DNA of 32,000 nt, taken from positions 2,820,001 to 2,852,000 of the forward strand of contig NZ_LN831039.1 in NCBI RefSeq assembly GCF_001457595.1. The letters are read 5' to 3'. Within the stretch, counting starts at the first letter, position 1, and the number at the start of each line of letters is the position of its first letter. Below the pieces are notes generated by a model. That model ran no database searches and was not told where the DNA came from. It worked only from the letters and a program-made list of their open reading frames with translations. Both the position numbers and the translations under genes were made by a program. Origin of the DNA: Mycolicibacterium smegmatis (GTDB lineage Bacteria > Actinomycetota > Actinomycetes > Mycobacteriales > Mycobacteriaceae). Shown piece after piece: positions 11,568-19,613 of the stretch.

Positions 11568-11882
11568 TCACGGCCTCAGCCGGCCCTTGGCGGGGTCACC
11601 GGCCACGACCGGTTGCAGCGTCTTGATGTCGGGCGCGCCGTCGAGCAGGCTGCCGATGGCGCCGAAGAGAGCGCCGATGGCCGGTGCGCCGCCGTGTGTC
11701 TTGAGCGCGTCGGCGTCGGCCCACTGCTCGACGAAGACGAACGTGCCGTCGTGCTCGTGCAGGGCGTAGAGCTCACAGCCCGGCTCGTCGTGGACCGCGG
11801 CGACGGCTTTGGTGCATTCCTCGCGGACGGCGTCGACGGACTCGGGCTTGGCCTTCATGGTGGCGACCACGACAACGGGCAT
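11568..11882 (-). CDS. Antibiotic-biosynthesis-monooxygenase (ABM) domain protein
   Basis: 104 aa with a ferredoxin-like ABM pattern ([12 protein letters not shown]...[23 protein letters not shown]). It is the positional equivalent of Rv2749. Confidence 0.8.
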   Translation of the reverse strand: MPVVVVATMKAKPESVDAVREECTKAVAAVHDEPGCELYALHEHDGTFVFVEQWADADALKTHGGAPAIGALFGAIGSLLDGAPDIKTLQPVVAGDPAKGRLRP

Positions 11883-11949
11883 GTACGCACGGCTCCTTGC
11901 TCATACAACGATCACTGGACGGGTGTCCAGCCTACCGAGAAATCCCGTT

Positions 11950-11985
11950 TACGAATCGGTTCGTACAACTAAGTTGTTATCGATA
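11950..11985. promoter_or_regulatory. Three abutting palindromes in the ftsK / ABM divergent promoter region
   Basis: TACGAA-tcgg-TTCGTA (11950-11965), ACAACT-a-AGTTGT (11965-11977) and TATCGATA (11978-11985) lie in an AT-rich island 62-97 nt upstream of the ftsK ATG. Confidence 0.3.
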
Positions 11986-12046
11986 TCAGGCTGTGACCTG
12001 TGTGGCTGATGGTGATTCTGGGGCTGATGCGACTAGGCTTGCGGAC

Positions 12047-14677
12047 ATGGCTAACAAGACCGCCGCCCGCTCCCGGGCGCGTTCGGAAAGCTCTTCGAGC
12101 AGGTCTTCGGGCAGGTCACGGGGCGGCGCGAAGCAGGGCGCCCAGGACGGCGCCCGGCGGAAACCGCCGACGCGCCCCGCACCGCAGCAGCGGCGCAAGC
12201 CCGCCCGGCGGCCCCAGGCGTCGCCCGTCGCGCTCGCAGGCCACAAGCTGGGGCAGGGGGCCCGCGCCGGGTGGCTCATGCTGGCCAAGGGCGCGGGCTC
12301 CACGGCCCGCTCGGTCGGCCGCGCGCGTGACATCGAGCCCGGGCACCGCCGCGACGGCATCGCGCTCGCACTGCTCGGCATCGCGGTCGTGGTGGCCGCC
12401 AGTTCGTGGTTCGACGCCGCGCGCCCGGTGGGCGAGTGGATCGACACCGCACTGCGCACGCTGGTGGGCGGACCGGTGGTGCTCGTGCCCGTCCTGCTCG
12501 CCGCGATCGCGGTCGTGCTGATGCGCTCCGAGCCCGACCCCGAGGCACGGCCCCGGCTGATCCTCGGCACGGCGATGATCGCGCTGCCCGCCCTGGGCCT
12601 GTGGCATCTGTGGGCCGGCTCGCCCACCGATCCGGTGGGACGAAGGGGTGCAGCGGGATTCGTCGGTTTTGCCATCGGCGGACCGCTCTCCGACGGCCTG
12701 ACCGCGTGGATCGCCGCGCCGCTGCTGTTCATCGGTGTGCTGTTCGGGTTGCTGCTGATCACCGGGACCACGATCCGTGAGGTGCCCTCGACCGTCCGTG
12801 CGATGTTCAGCACGCGCGGGTTCCACGACGGCGAGTACGACGACGAGTACGAGTACGACGAGGACTACGACGACGCGCGCTACGACGAGCGCGACGGTGA
12901 CTTCTCCGACGACTTCTCCGACGGCTACTACGACGCCGAGGTCCCCGACGAGGCGGCCAAGACGTGGCCGGGTTCGGGCCCGATGGCGGCCATCGAGGCG
13001 CCCAAGGCGCCCGCGGGCACGCCCATGGACAACTACCCGCTCGAGGACGCGCCGACCGTGCCGGAACCGGCCGTCAAACCGCGCCGGAAGAAGCCGGAAG
13101 CCGCCAAACCGGCGAACAAGGCCGAAGAGGCCGCCAAAGAGACGATGGTCATGGACCGCGTGGTCGAGGGGCCGTATGTCCTGCCGCCGCTCGACCTGCT
13201 CATCGCGGGTGACCCGCCGAAGCTGCGGACCGCCGCCAACGACCAGATGACCGACGCCATCACGTCGGTGCTCGAGCAGTTCAAGGTCGACGCGGCCGTC
13301 ACGGGCTGCACGCGCGGCCCGACGGTCACGCGGTACGAGGTCGAACTGGGACCGGGCGTCAAGGTCGAGAAGATCACCGCGCTGCACCGCAACATCGCCT
13401 ACGCCGTGGCGACCGAGAGCGTCCGCATGCTCGCCCCGATCCCGGGTAAGTCCGCGGTGGGCATCGAGGTGCCCAACACCGACCGCGAGATGGTGCGGCT
13501 GTCCGACGTGCTCACCGCACCGAGCACGCGCCGCGACCACCACCCGCTGGTGATCGGCCTTGGCAAGGACATCGAGGGCGACTTCGTGTCGGCCAACCTC
13601 GCGAAGATGCCCCACCTGCTGGTGGCCGGTTCCACCGGTTCGGGTAAGTCGAGCTTCGTCAACTCGATGCTCGTGTCGCTGCTGGCGCGGGCCACCCCGG
13701 AAGAGGTCAGGATGATCCTGATCGACCCGAAGATGGTGGAACTCACGCCGTATGAGGGCATCCCGCACCTCATCACGCCCATCATCACCGAGCCCAAGAA
13801 GGCCGCCGCGGCGCTGGGGTGGCTGGTCGAGGAGATGGAACAGCGCTACCAGGACATGCAGGCGTCGCGCGTGCGTCACATCGACGTGTTCAACGAGAAG
13901 GTGCGCTCCGGTGAAATTTCAACGCCGCTCGGCAGCGAGCGCGTGTACAAGCCGTACCCGTACATCGTGGCGATCGTCGACGAGCTCGCGGACCTCATGA
14001 TGACCGCGCCGCGTGACGTCGAGGACGCCATCGTGCGCATCACGCAGAAGGCCCGCGCGGCCGGCATCCACCTGGTGCTCGCGACGCAGCGTCCCTCGGT
14101 CGACGTCGTCACGGGTCTGATCAAGACCAACGTGCCGTCACGGCTCGCGTTCGCGACGTCGTCGCTCACCGACAGCCGCGTCATCCTCGACCAGGCAGGC
14201 GCCGAGAAGCTCATCGGCATGGGCGACGGGCTGTTCCTGCCGATGGGGGCCAACAAGCCCATCCGCATGCAGGGCGCGTTCATCACCGACGAGGAGATCC
14301 ACGCCGTCGTCGCGGCCACCAAGGAGCAGGCCGAGCCCGAGTTCGTCGAGGGCGTCACGGCCGTCAAGGCGGGCGAGCGCAAGGACGTCGACCCCGACAT
14401 CGGTGACGATCTGGACGTCTTCCTGCAGGCCGTCGAACTCGTGGTGTCGTCGCAGTTCGGCTCGACGTCGATGCTGCAGCGCAAGCTGCGTGTCGGTTTC
14501 GCCAAGGCCGGCCGCCTGATGGACCTCATGGAGACCCGCGGCATCGTCGGCCCGTCGGAGGGTTCGAAGGCGCGCGAGGTGCTGGTGAAACCCGAGGATC
14601 TGGCGGGCACGCTCGCGCTCATCCGCGGCGGCGCCGACGCCAACGGTGCCGAACCCGAGGACGGCGAGGAGTTCTGA
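12047..14677 (+). CDS. ftsK: DNA translocase FtsK
   Basis: Basic N-terminus, 4 TM segments, an acidic Tyr-rich linker, a motor domain with Walker A (GSTGSGKSS), and a gamma winged-helix C-terminus. The ATG at 12047 (MANKTAARS...) is preferred over track start 11897, which lies in the AT-rich promoter island. Confidence 0.95.
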   Translation: MANKTAARSRARSESSSSRSSGRSRGGAKQGAQDGARRKPPTRPAPQQRRKPARRPQASPVALAGHKLGQGARAGWLMLAKGAGSTARSVGRARDIEPGHRRDGIALALLGIAVVVAASSWFDAARPVGEWIDTALRTLVGGPVVLVPVLLAAIAVVLMRSEPDPEARPRLILGTAMIALPALGLWHLWAGSPTDPVGRRGAAGFVGFAIGGPLSDGLTAWIAAPLLFIGVLFGLLLITGTTIREVPSTVRAMFSTRGFHDGEYDDEYEYDEDYDDARYDERDGDFSDDFSDGYYDAEVPDEAAKTWPGSGPMAAIEAPKAPAGTPMDNYPLEDAPTVPEPAVKPRRKKPEAAKPANKAEEAAKETMVMDRVVEGPYVLPPLDLLIAGDPPKLRTAANDQMTDAITSVLEQFKVDAAVTGCTRGPTVTRYEVELGPGVKVEKITALHRNIAYAVATESVRMLAPIPGKSAVGIEVPNTDREMVRLSDVLTAPSTRRDHHPLVIGLGKDIEGDFVSANLAKMPHLLVAGSTGSGKSSFVNSMLVSLLARATPEEVRMILIDPKMVELTPYEGIPHLITPIITEPKKAAAALGWLVEEMEQRYQDMQASRVRHIDVFNEKVRSGEISTPLGSERVYKPYPYIVAIVDELADLMMTAPRDVEDAIVRITQKARAAGIHLVLATQRPSVDVVTGLIKTNVPSRLAFATSSLTDSRVILDQAGAEKLIGMGDGLFLPMGANKPIRMQGAFITDEEIHAVVAATKEQAEPEFVEGVTAVKAGERKDVDPDIGDDLDVFLQAVELVVSSQFGSTSMLQRKLRVGFAKAGRLMDLMETRGIVGPSEGSKAREVLVKPEDLAGTLALIRGGADANGAEPEDGEEF

Positions 14678-14687
14678 GCCGAGAGTC

Positions 14688-15233
14688 CTACAGGGTCAAC
14701 AGCATTCGCGTGTTGCCGAGGGTGTTGGGCTTGACGTACGACAGGTCGAGGAACTCGGCGACACCGGTGTCGTAGGAGCGGCACATCTCCTCGTACACCT
14801 CGGCGGTCACCGGGGTGCCGTCGATCTCGACGAAGCCGTGCTTGGCGAAGAAGTCGACCTCGAAGGTCAGCACGAAGATGCGCTCGAGGCGCAACTCGCG
14901 CGCGACGTCGAGCAGGCGGTTCACCAACCGGTGGCCGACACCGGTGCCGCGGACTTTCGGATGCACCGCGACCGTGCGCACCTCGCCGAGATCGGCCCAC
15001 AACACGTGTAGCGCGCCGCAACCGACGATCTCGCCGTCGAGTTCGGCCACCCAGAACTCCTGGACCGACTCGTACAGCGTCACCAGGTTCTTCTCGAGCA
15101 GGATCCGGCCCGCGTAGATGTCGACGAGATGCTTGATGCCGGGCACATCTGAGGTGCGCGCGCGTCGCACGACGGGACCTTCGGCCGGTTCGTCCTGGCC
15201 CTGGTTTGCGCCTGTGTTCGCGCCTGCATTCAC
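14688..15233 (-). CDS. argA: GNAT acetyltransferase, short mycobacterial N-acetylglutamate synthase type (Rv2747 homologue)
   Basis: The C-terminal 161 aa (VVRRARTSDVPGIKHLVDIYAGRILLEKNLVTLYE...GNTRMLLTL) is colinear with Rv2747. The track ORF (to 16022) is an antisense extension over pgsA. GTG 15233 is the first plausible start; GTG 15170 is the alternative. Confidence 0.8.
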   Translation of the reverse strand: MNAGANTGANQGQDEPAEGPVVRRARTSDVPGIKHLVDIYAGRILLEKNLVTLYESVQEFWVAELDGEIVGCGALHVLWADLGEVRTVAVHPKVRGTGVGHRLVNRLLDVARELRLERIFVLTFEVDFFAKHGFVEIDGTPVTAEVYEEMCRSYDTGVAEFLDLSYVKPNTLGNTRMLLTL

Positions 15234-15244
15234 AGGTGGAAGAG

Positions 15245-15265
15245 TATCGGTTTCGGCAACCGATA
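15245..15265. promoter_or_regulatory. Inverted repeat TATCGGTT-N5-AACCGATA between the divergent GNAT and pgsA starts
   Basis: Perfect 8-bp arms fill the middle of the 42-bp divergent spacer (15234-15275). Confidence 0.3.
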
Positions 15266-15275
15266 TTCTGTTGCG

Positions 15276-15881
15276 GTGCCGGGGCAACCTTCTACCGATC
15301 CGGTGGTCCCGCGTGCGCGCGTGGCCAACCTCGCCAATGTGCTCACCGGCATACGCATGGCACTCGTGCCGGTGTTCCTGGTGTTCCTGTTCACCGACGG
15401 GGGCCATGAATTCTTCTGGCGGATGGCTGCTTTCACGGTGTTCGCGGTCGCGGTCATCACCGACCGGTTCGACGGGGCACTGGCGCGCAGCTACGGCATG
15501 GTCACCGAGTTCGGTGCACTGGCCGATCCGATCGCCGACAAGGCGCTCATCGGCGCGGCGCTGATCGGGTTGTCGATGCTGGGGGATCTGCCCTGGTGGG
15601 TGACCGCGGTGGTCCTCGCGCGTGAGATCGGCATCACGCTCATGCGTCTCGCGGTGTTGCGCCACGGTGTGATCCCGGCCAGCCGCGGCGGGAAACTCAA
15701 GACCACGGTGCAGGCCGTCGCGATCGGACTGTTCGTCATGCCGCTCTACGCGTGGTCGCCGGTGTGGACGACCGTGGCGTGGGCGATCATGTGGGCGGCG
15801 GTGGTGCTCACCGTGCTCACCGGTGCTGACTACGTGGTTTCGGCGATCAGGGATTCGCGTGGACGACCCGCTGACAACTGA
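15276..15881 (+). CDS. pgsA: CDP-diacylglycerol--glycerol-3-phosphate 3-phosphatidyltransferase
   Basis: Has the CDP-alcohol phosphatidyltransferase motif DRFDGALARSYGMVTEFGALADPIADK and multiple TM segments. Rv2746c equivalent. Confidence 0.9.
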   Translation: MPGQPSTDPVVPRARVANLANVLTGIRMALVPVFLVFLFTDGGHEFFWRMAAFTVFAVAVITDRFDGALARSYGMVTEFGALADPIADKALIGAALIGLSMLGDLPWWVTAVVLAREIGITLMRLAVLRHGVIPASRGGKLKTTVQAVAIGLFVMPLYAWSPVWTTVAWAIMWAAVVLTVLTGADYVVSAIRDSRGRPADN

Positions 15882-16347
15882 CGACGCACGCGCGCTCGTC
15901 GCCGATCTGACGGTGTACGGCCAGAGCGTGGCGACCGCAGAGTCGCTGACGGCAGGACTGCTCGCGGCCACCCTCGCCGGTGTGCCAGGGGCGAGTGCGG
16001 TGCTGCACGGCGGTCTGATCACCTACACCGAGGACACCAAGATCTGGCTGGCCGGTGTCGCGCCGCAGGTGCTCGACGCTGTCGGTCCGGTCTCGGCGCC
16101 GACGGCCCGCGCCCTTGCCGTCGGGGCGCGTCAGCGCTGCGCGGCGACCTGGGGGGTGAGCCTCACCGGGGTGGCCGGGCCCGAGGCGCACGGAGGGCAC
16201 CCGCCCGGCACGGTGTTCCTGGGGATCGCGGGGCCCATCGACACCCATGTCGCCGAGTTGTCGTTGTCCGGGTCACGCTGGGAGATCCGGGTGGCCGCGG
16301 TCAACGCGGCGATCTCGCGGCTGCGGGCGCTCGTCGAGCAGCAGTGA
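15859..16347 (+). CDS. cinA: CinA C-terminal domain protein (PncC-type nicotinamide-nucleotide amidohydrolase)
   Basis: Contains TVATAESLTAGLLAATLAGVPGAS ... GLITYT ... TGVAGP. GTG 15859 overlaps the pgsA 3' end by 23 nt. There is no N-terminal MoCF-binding domain. Confidence 0.85.
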   Translation: MDDPLTTDDARALVADLTVYGQSVATAESLTAGLLAATLAGVPGASAVLHGGLITYTEDTKIWLAGVAPQVLDAVGPVSAPTARALAVGARQRCAATWGVSLTGVAGPEAHGGHPPGTVFLGIAGPIDTHVAELSLSGSRWEIRVAAVNAAISRLRALVEQQ

Positions 16348-16398
16348 CCGCGGTTTCGGTATGGCTGCGGTAAGACATCCCACAACTTGGCGATTGCT

Positions 16399-16425
16399 GG
16401 GAACCTCTGGGAGGGCGCACACGTT
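16399..16425 (+). promoter_or_regulatory. ECF (SigE/SigH-type) promoter GGGAAC-N17-CGTT upstream of clgR
   Basis: GGAAC lies at 16400-16404 and CGTT at 16422-16425, which matches the mycobacterial SigE/SigH consensus (GGAAC...N16-18...GTT). clgR is a known SigE/SigH target in M. tuberculosis. Confidence 0.55.
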
Positions 16426-16440
16426 CTGCATGTAGCGAAC
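16423..16440. promoter_or_regulatory. Candidate ClgR box (bottom strand GTTCGC-tacat-GCA) inside the imperfect palindrome GTTCTGCATGTAGCGAAC
   Basis: There is one mismatch to the actinobacterial ClgR operator GTTCGC-N5-GCG. It lies directly after the -10 element, about 30 nt before the clgR ATG. Confidence 0.4.
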
Positions 16441-16469
16441 ACCGCCGACGTCCACCTGAGGAGGGCACC

Positions 16470-16808
16470 ATGACGGCATTGCTGCGCGAGGTGATTGGCG
16501 ACGTGCTGCGCAACGCCCGCACGGACCAGGGTCGCACGCTGCGTGAGGTGTCCGACGCCGCCCGGGTCAGTCTGGGCTACCTGTCCGAGGTGGAACGCGG
16601 CCGCAAGGAAGCATCGAGCGAGCTTCTCAGCGCGATCTGCGACGCACTCGACGTACCACTTTCGCGCGTGCTCACCGACGCCGGTGAGAGCATGGCGCGC
16701 CGTGAACACGACGCCCGTGAGGCCGAGCAGGTCGCGGTGGCGAACCTCGGCCGCATCGATGCCGCGACCAAGGTGGTCATCCCGCAGGTGTCCATGGCCG
16801 TCGCATAA
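16470..16808 (+). CDS. clgR: XRE-family HTH regulator ClgR
   Basis: 112 aa: [61 protein letters not shown]. Position and sequence match Rv2745c. Confidence 0.92.
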
Positions 16809-16856
16809 GGATCAGCGCGAAGATCAGCGTGACGGCCGGCGTGACGGCCGCTTGAT
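16809..16856. repeat. Degenerate 12-bp tandem array (4 units), including a perfect GCGTGACGGCCG x2
   Basis: Units: GGATCAGCGCGA / AGATCAGCGTGA / CGGCCGGCGTGA / CGGCCGCTTGAT. The exact duplicates are 16827-16838 and 16839-16850. GATCAGCG recurs at 16810 and 16822. Confidence 0.6.
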
Positions 16857-17035
16857 CATCCCGGTCGAAACATCCTGTCGTCGCAGGTCGCGTCCCCGCG
16901 GATTTTCCGACACGCGTTACGTGCACAGACTGTGGCGGCATGCCGGGAACCGATAGGTTGGCACCACAAGCAGTTGCGGCAATCTGAACATGAGGCCTGA
17001 GTCACCAGGCCCGACAGACAAGGCGGAATGAACCC

Positions 17036-17875
17036 ATGGCCAATCCGTTCGTCAAGGCGTGGAAGTACCTGATGGCGCTGTTCAGCTCCAAGGTCGACGA
17101 GTATGCCGATCCCAAGGTGCAGATCCAGCAGGCCATCGAGGACGCGCAACGCCAGCACCAGGCCCTGACCCAGCAGGCCGCCCAGGTCATCGGAAACCAG
17201 CGTCAGCTGGAGATGCGCCTGAACCGGCAGCTCGCCGACATCGAGAAGCTCCAGGTGAACGTGCGTCAGGCGCTCACACTCGCCGATCAGGCCACGGCCG
17301 CCGGTGACGTTGCCAAGGCCACCGAGTACAACAACGCCGCCGAGGCGTTCGCCGCGCAGCTCGTGACCGCCGAGCAGAGCGTCGAGGATCTCAAGGGGCT
17401 GCACGACCAGGCGCTGCAGGCCGCCGGGCAGGCCAAGAAGGCCGTCGAGCAGAACGCCATGATGCTGCAGCAGAAGATCGCCGAGCGCACCAAGCTGCTG
17501 AGCCAGCTCGAGCAGGCCAAGATGCAGGAGCAGGTGAGCTCGTCGCTGCGGTCGATGAGCGAGCTCGCCGCGCCCGGCACCACGCCGAGCCTCGACGAGG
17601 TGCGGCAGAAGATCGAGCGCCGCTACGCCAACGCGATGGGCGAGGCCGAGCTGGCGCAGAACTCGGTGCAGGGCCGCATGATGGAGATCCAGCAGGCCAG
17701 CGTGCAGATGGCAGGCCATTCGCGGCTGGAGCAGATCCGCGCCTCGATGCGCGGGGAGGCGTTGCCCAGTGGCGGCGCCGCCTCGACGCCTGCGACGCCG
17801 TCCACCCAGGGCACGCCGGCCGACCCGGCGACCAACCAGACGCCGCCCAACACCGAAAACCCGCTGGGCCAATAA
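17036..17875 (+). CDS. pspA: PspA/IM30-family envelope-stress protein (35-kDa antigen homologue, Rv2744c)
   Basis: [42 protein letters not shown]..., a long coiled coil with a Pro/Thr-rich tail. Confidence 0.93.
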   Translation: MANPFVKAWKYLMALFSSKVDEYADPKVQIQQAIEDAQRQHQALTQQAAQVIGNQRQLEMRLNRQLADIEKLQVNVRQALTLADQATAAGDVAKATEYNNAAEAFAAQLVTAEQSVEDLKGLHDQALQAAGQAKKAVEQNAMMLQQKIAERTKLLSQLEQAKMQEQVSSSLRSMSELAAPGTTPSLDEVRQKIERRYANAMGEAELAQNSVQGRMMEIQQASVQMAGHSRLEQIRASMRGEALPSGGAASTPATPSTQGTPADPATNQTPPNTENPLGQ

Positions 17876-17893
17876 GGATTCGAGTTCGAGAGC

Positions 17894-18730
17894 ATGACAA
17901 CCAAGACCGGTCGACCAGAAGCCTGGCGGTCACTGCTGCAGCGGGGGATCGACACCGCTGCCGAGGTGTCGGGTGCGGTGGCGGAGAAGCTCAACGCCGC
18001 GGCCGATCCTCGCGCCAAACTGCTGCGCAAGCGGCGGTGGGCTTTGCGGTTCGCGGTGTTCTTCACCTTCGCCACAGGGTTCTGGGTTTTCGTCACCGCG
18101 GTGCTCGCCGCGTGGACGACGCCGGTCTGGGTGCTGATCATCACCGGCGCGATCGCCGCGGGCGCGGCGTTCCCCGCGACGCTGGCCTGGTTGCGCTACC
18201 GGTGGCTGCGCCGCACGCCGCTGCCCGTACAGCGGCCCACCGTCGGGCGACGCCTGCCGCCGTGGGGATCGGCTGCGCGCCAGCCCATGTCGGCGCTGCT
18301 GGCCTCGGAACGCGGCATGTTCTCGTTGCTCGGCGTCATGGAGCGCGGCCGCATGGTGCCGCCCGAGGAGTTGCACGAACTCACGACCGTGGCGAACCAG
18401 GCCGCCCGCACCATGATGGCCACCGCCGACGAAGTGGTGTCGATGGAACGTGCGGCAGGCAACGCGCCGCAGTCGCGGCCGCACCTGGTGCCCACCATCA
18501 ACGCGTTCGCCGCCCAGCTCAACCAGGGCGTGCGCCAGTACAACGAGATGGTCACCGCCGCAGCCCAACTGGTGTCATCGGTGAACGGTGGTGCGAACGG
18601 CCAGATGCCCGGTGGCCCGGCGGCGCCGCTGTCGCAGCAGCGATACCGCTCGGAACTCACCGGTGCCACCGACCGGCTGACCGGCTGGGCGCAGGCGTTC
18701 GACGAACTCGGCGGCCTGCGCCGCGCCTGA
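17894..18730 (+). CDS. Rv2743c-like Ala-rich membrane protein (PspA membrane partner)
   Basis: 278 aa with two adjacent TM helices (WALRFAVFFTFATGFWVFVTAVLAAW, VWVLIITGAIAAGAAFPATLAWL) and a soluble C-terminal domain. It starts 18 nt after pspA. Confidence 0.8.
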   Translation: MTTKTGRPEAWRSLLQRGIDTAAEVSGAVAEKLNAAADPRAKLLRKRRWALRFAVFFTFATGFWVFVTAVLAAWTTPVWVLIITGAIAAGAAFPATLAWLRYRWLRRTPLPVQRPTVGRRLPPWGSAARQPMSALLASERGMFSLLGVMERGRMVPPEELHELTTVANQAARTMMATADEVVSMERAAGNAPQSRPHLVPTINAFAAQLNQGVRQYNEMVTAAAQLVSSVNGGANGQMPGGPAAPLSQQRYRSELTGATDRLTGWAQAFDELGGLRRA

Positions 18731-18737
18731 ACTCGGC

Positions 18738-19145
18738 TCAGATGTCGTGGCTGCTGGGCGGGCCGGACCGGGGCCCGTACTTCTCGATGTAGGCCTGGTG
18801 GATGTGCGCGTTCTTCTGGCGTGAGAGCTCGTCCACCAACCCGGGGTTGAGCCCGTGCTTGGCCAGCATGTGACGGCGCCACACCTTGTTGAGCGCGTGC
18901 GAGAAGAACACGAACGGGATGAAGATCGGCAGCGTCATGCTGATGTGGACGTACAGCGTCGTCGGGATCAGCCAGAACGGGGCCAGGATGATCAGCGCCG
19001 GGATGGCCATGCGCACCATCAACCGGACCGTCGCACCTTTGCCCGCCAGGTCGTTGCGAACCCAGTCTCGCATCGAGTCGGGCAGCCGCCGTCCGTAGCA
19101 GTAGGTGATGTACTCCCAGACGTTGGGTTTGGTGCGCTCGCTCAC
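18738..19145 (-). CDS. Small membrane protein, DUF5313-like (family name from memory)
   Basis: VSERTKPNVWEYITYCYGRRLPDSMRDWVRNDLAGKG..., with 2 TM segments. The GTG start at 19145 overlaps the ephG stop (GTGA). The track start 19274 lies inside ephG and is rejected. Confidence 0.7.
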   Translation of the reverse strand: MSERTKPNVWEYITYCYGRRLPDSMRDWVRNDLAGKGATVRLMVRMAIPALIILAPFWLIPTTLYVHISMTLPIFIPFVFFSHALNKVWRRHMLAKHGLNPGLVDELSRQKNAHIHQAYIEKYGPRSGPPSSHDI

Positions 19146-19570
19146 AGCTTGGCGCGCAGCGACGGGACGACGATGCCGAGCAGACCACGCACGGTCGCCT
19201 TGAAGATGTCGAGGTAATCGAAGTAGTCGCGCCACAGCGTGATCCGGCCGTCGTGCACCTCGAACACACCGCACACCCAGAACTGGACCCGCAGCGGGCC
19301 GAACGTGAGTACATCGGTGCGCTCGTTGAGCACCGCGGCGCCGTCGGCCGCGCTGCGATGGATCTTGACCTCGAAACCGGCCCGCCCCTGCATGGACCGG
19401 AACAGCTTCATGGCGCGGTTGCGACCATAGATGGTCGGCATGCCCACGTTCTGGTAGACGAGGTTCTGCGCCAGCGCGTTCTCCGCGGTGTCGAAGTCCT
19501 GTTCCTGCAGCGCGTTGAGGAACGTCTCGACCGCGGCGATCGGGTTCTGCACCGTTGTTTGGTCAGCCAT
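19142..19570 (-). CDS. ephG: Limonene-1,2-epoxide hydrolase family protein (Rv2740 EphG homologue)
   Basis: SnoaL/LEH fold sequence MADQTTVQNPIAAVETFLNALQEQDFDTAE...ITLWRDYFDY. ATG 19570 is preferred over 19621. Confidence 0.85.
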   Translation of the reverse strand: MADQTTVQNPIAAVETFLNALQEQDFDTAENALAQNLVYQNVGMPTIYGRNRAMKLFRSMQGRAGFEVKIHRSAADGAAVLNERTDVLTFGPLRVQFWVCGVFEVHDGRITLWRDYFDYLDIFKATVRGLLGIVVPSLRAKL

Positions 19571-19613
19571 GCCCAGAAAGCCTAGATGGCGGGGGCTGTG
19601 GCAGGGTAGGCCG

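Noticed and set aside
11950-11965. The TACGAAtcggTTCGTA dyad upstream of ftsK as a LexA SOS (Cheo-type) box.
   Set aside because: The mycobacterial SOS box is TCGAAC-N4-GTTCGA, with CGAA and TTCG 6 nt apart. Here the half-sites are 4 nt apart, so the registers cannot be aligned.
16888-16906. An intrinsic terminator after clgR (CGCG-tccc-CGCG followed by ATTTT).
   Set aside because: The stem is only 4-5 bp and the T-tract only 4 nt. That is not distinguishable from chance in this sequence.
16946-16975. A second SigE-type promoter (GGAAC ... GTT) in front of pspA.
   Set aside because: The spacing between GGAAC (16946-16950) and the nearest suitable GTT (16973-16975) is 22 nt, well outside the 16-18 nt window.
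16941-16988. Tiny ORFs in intergenic spacers, for example a 15-codon ATG ORF at 16941-16988 upstream of pspA.
   Set aside because: No ribosome-binding site, no coupling to neighbours, and an unremarkable composition.
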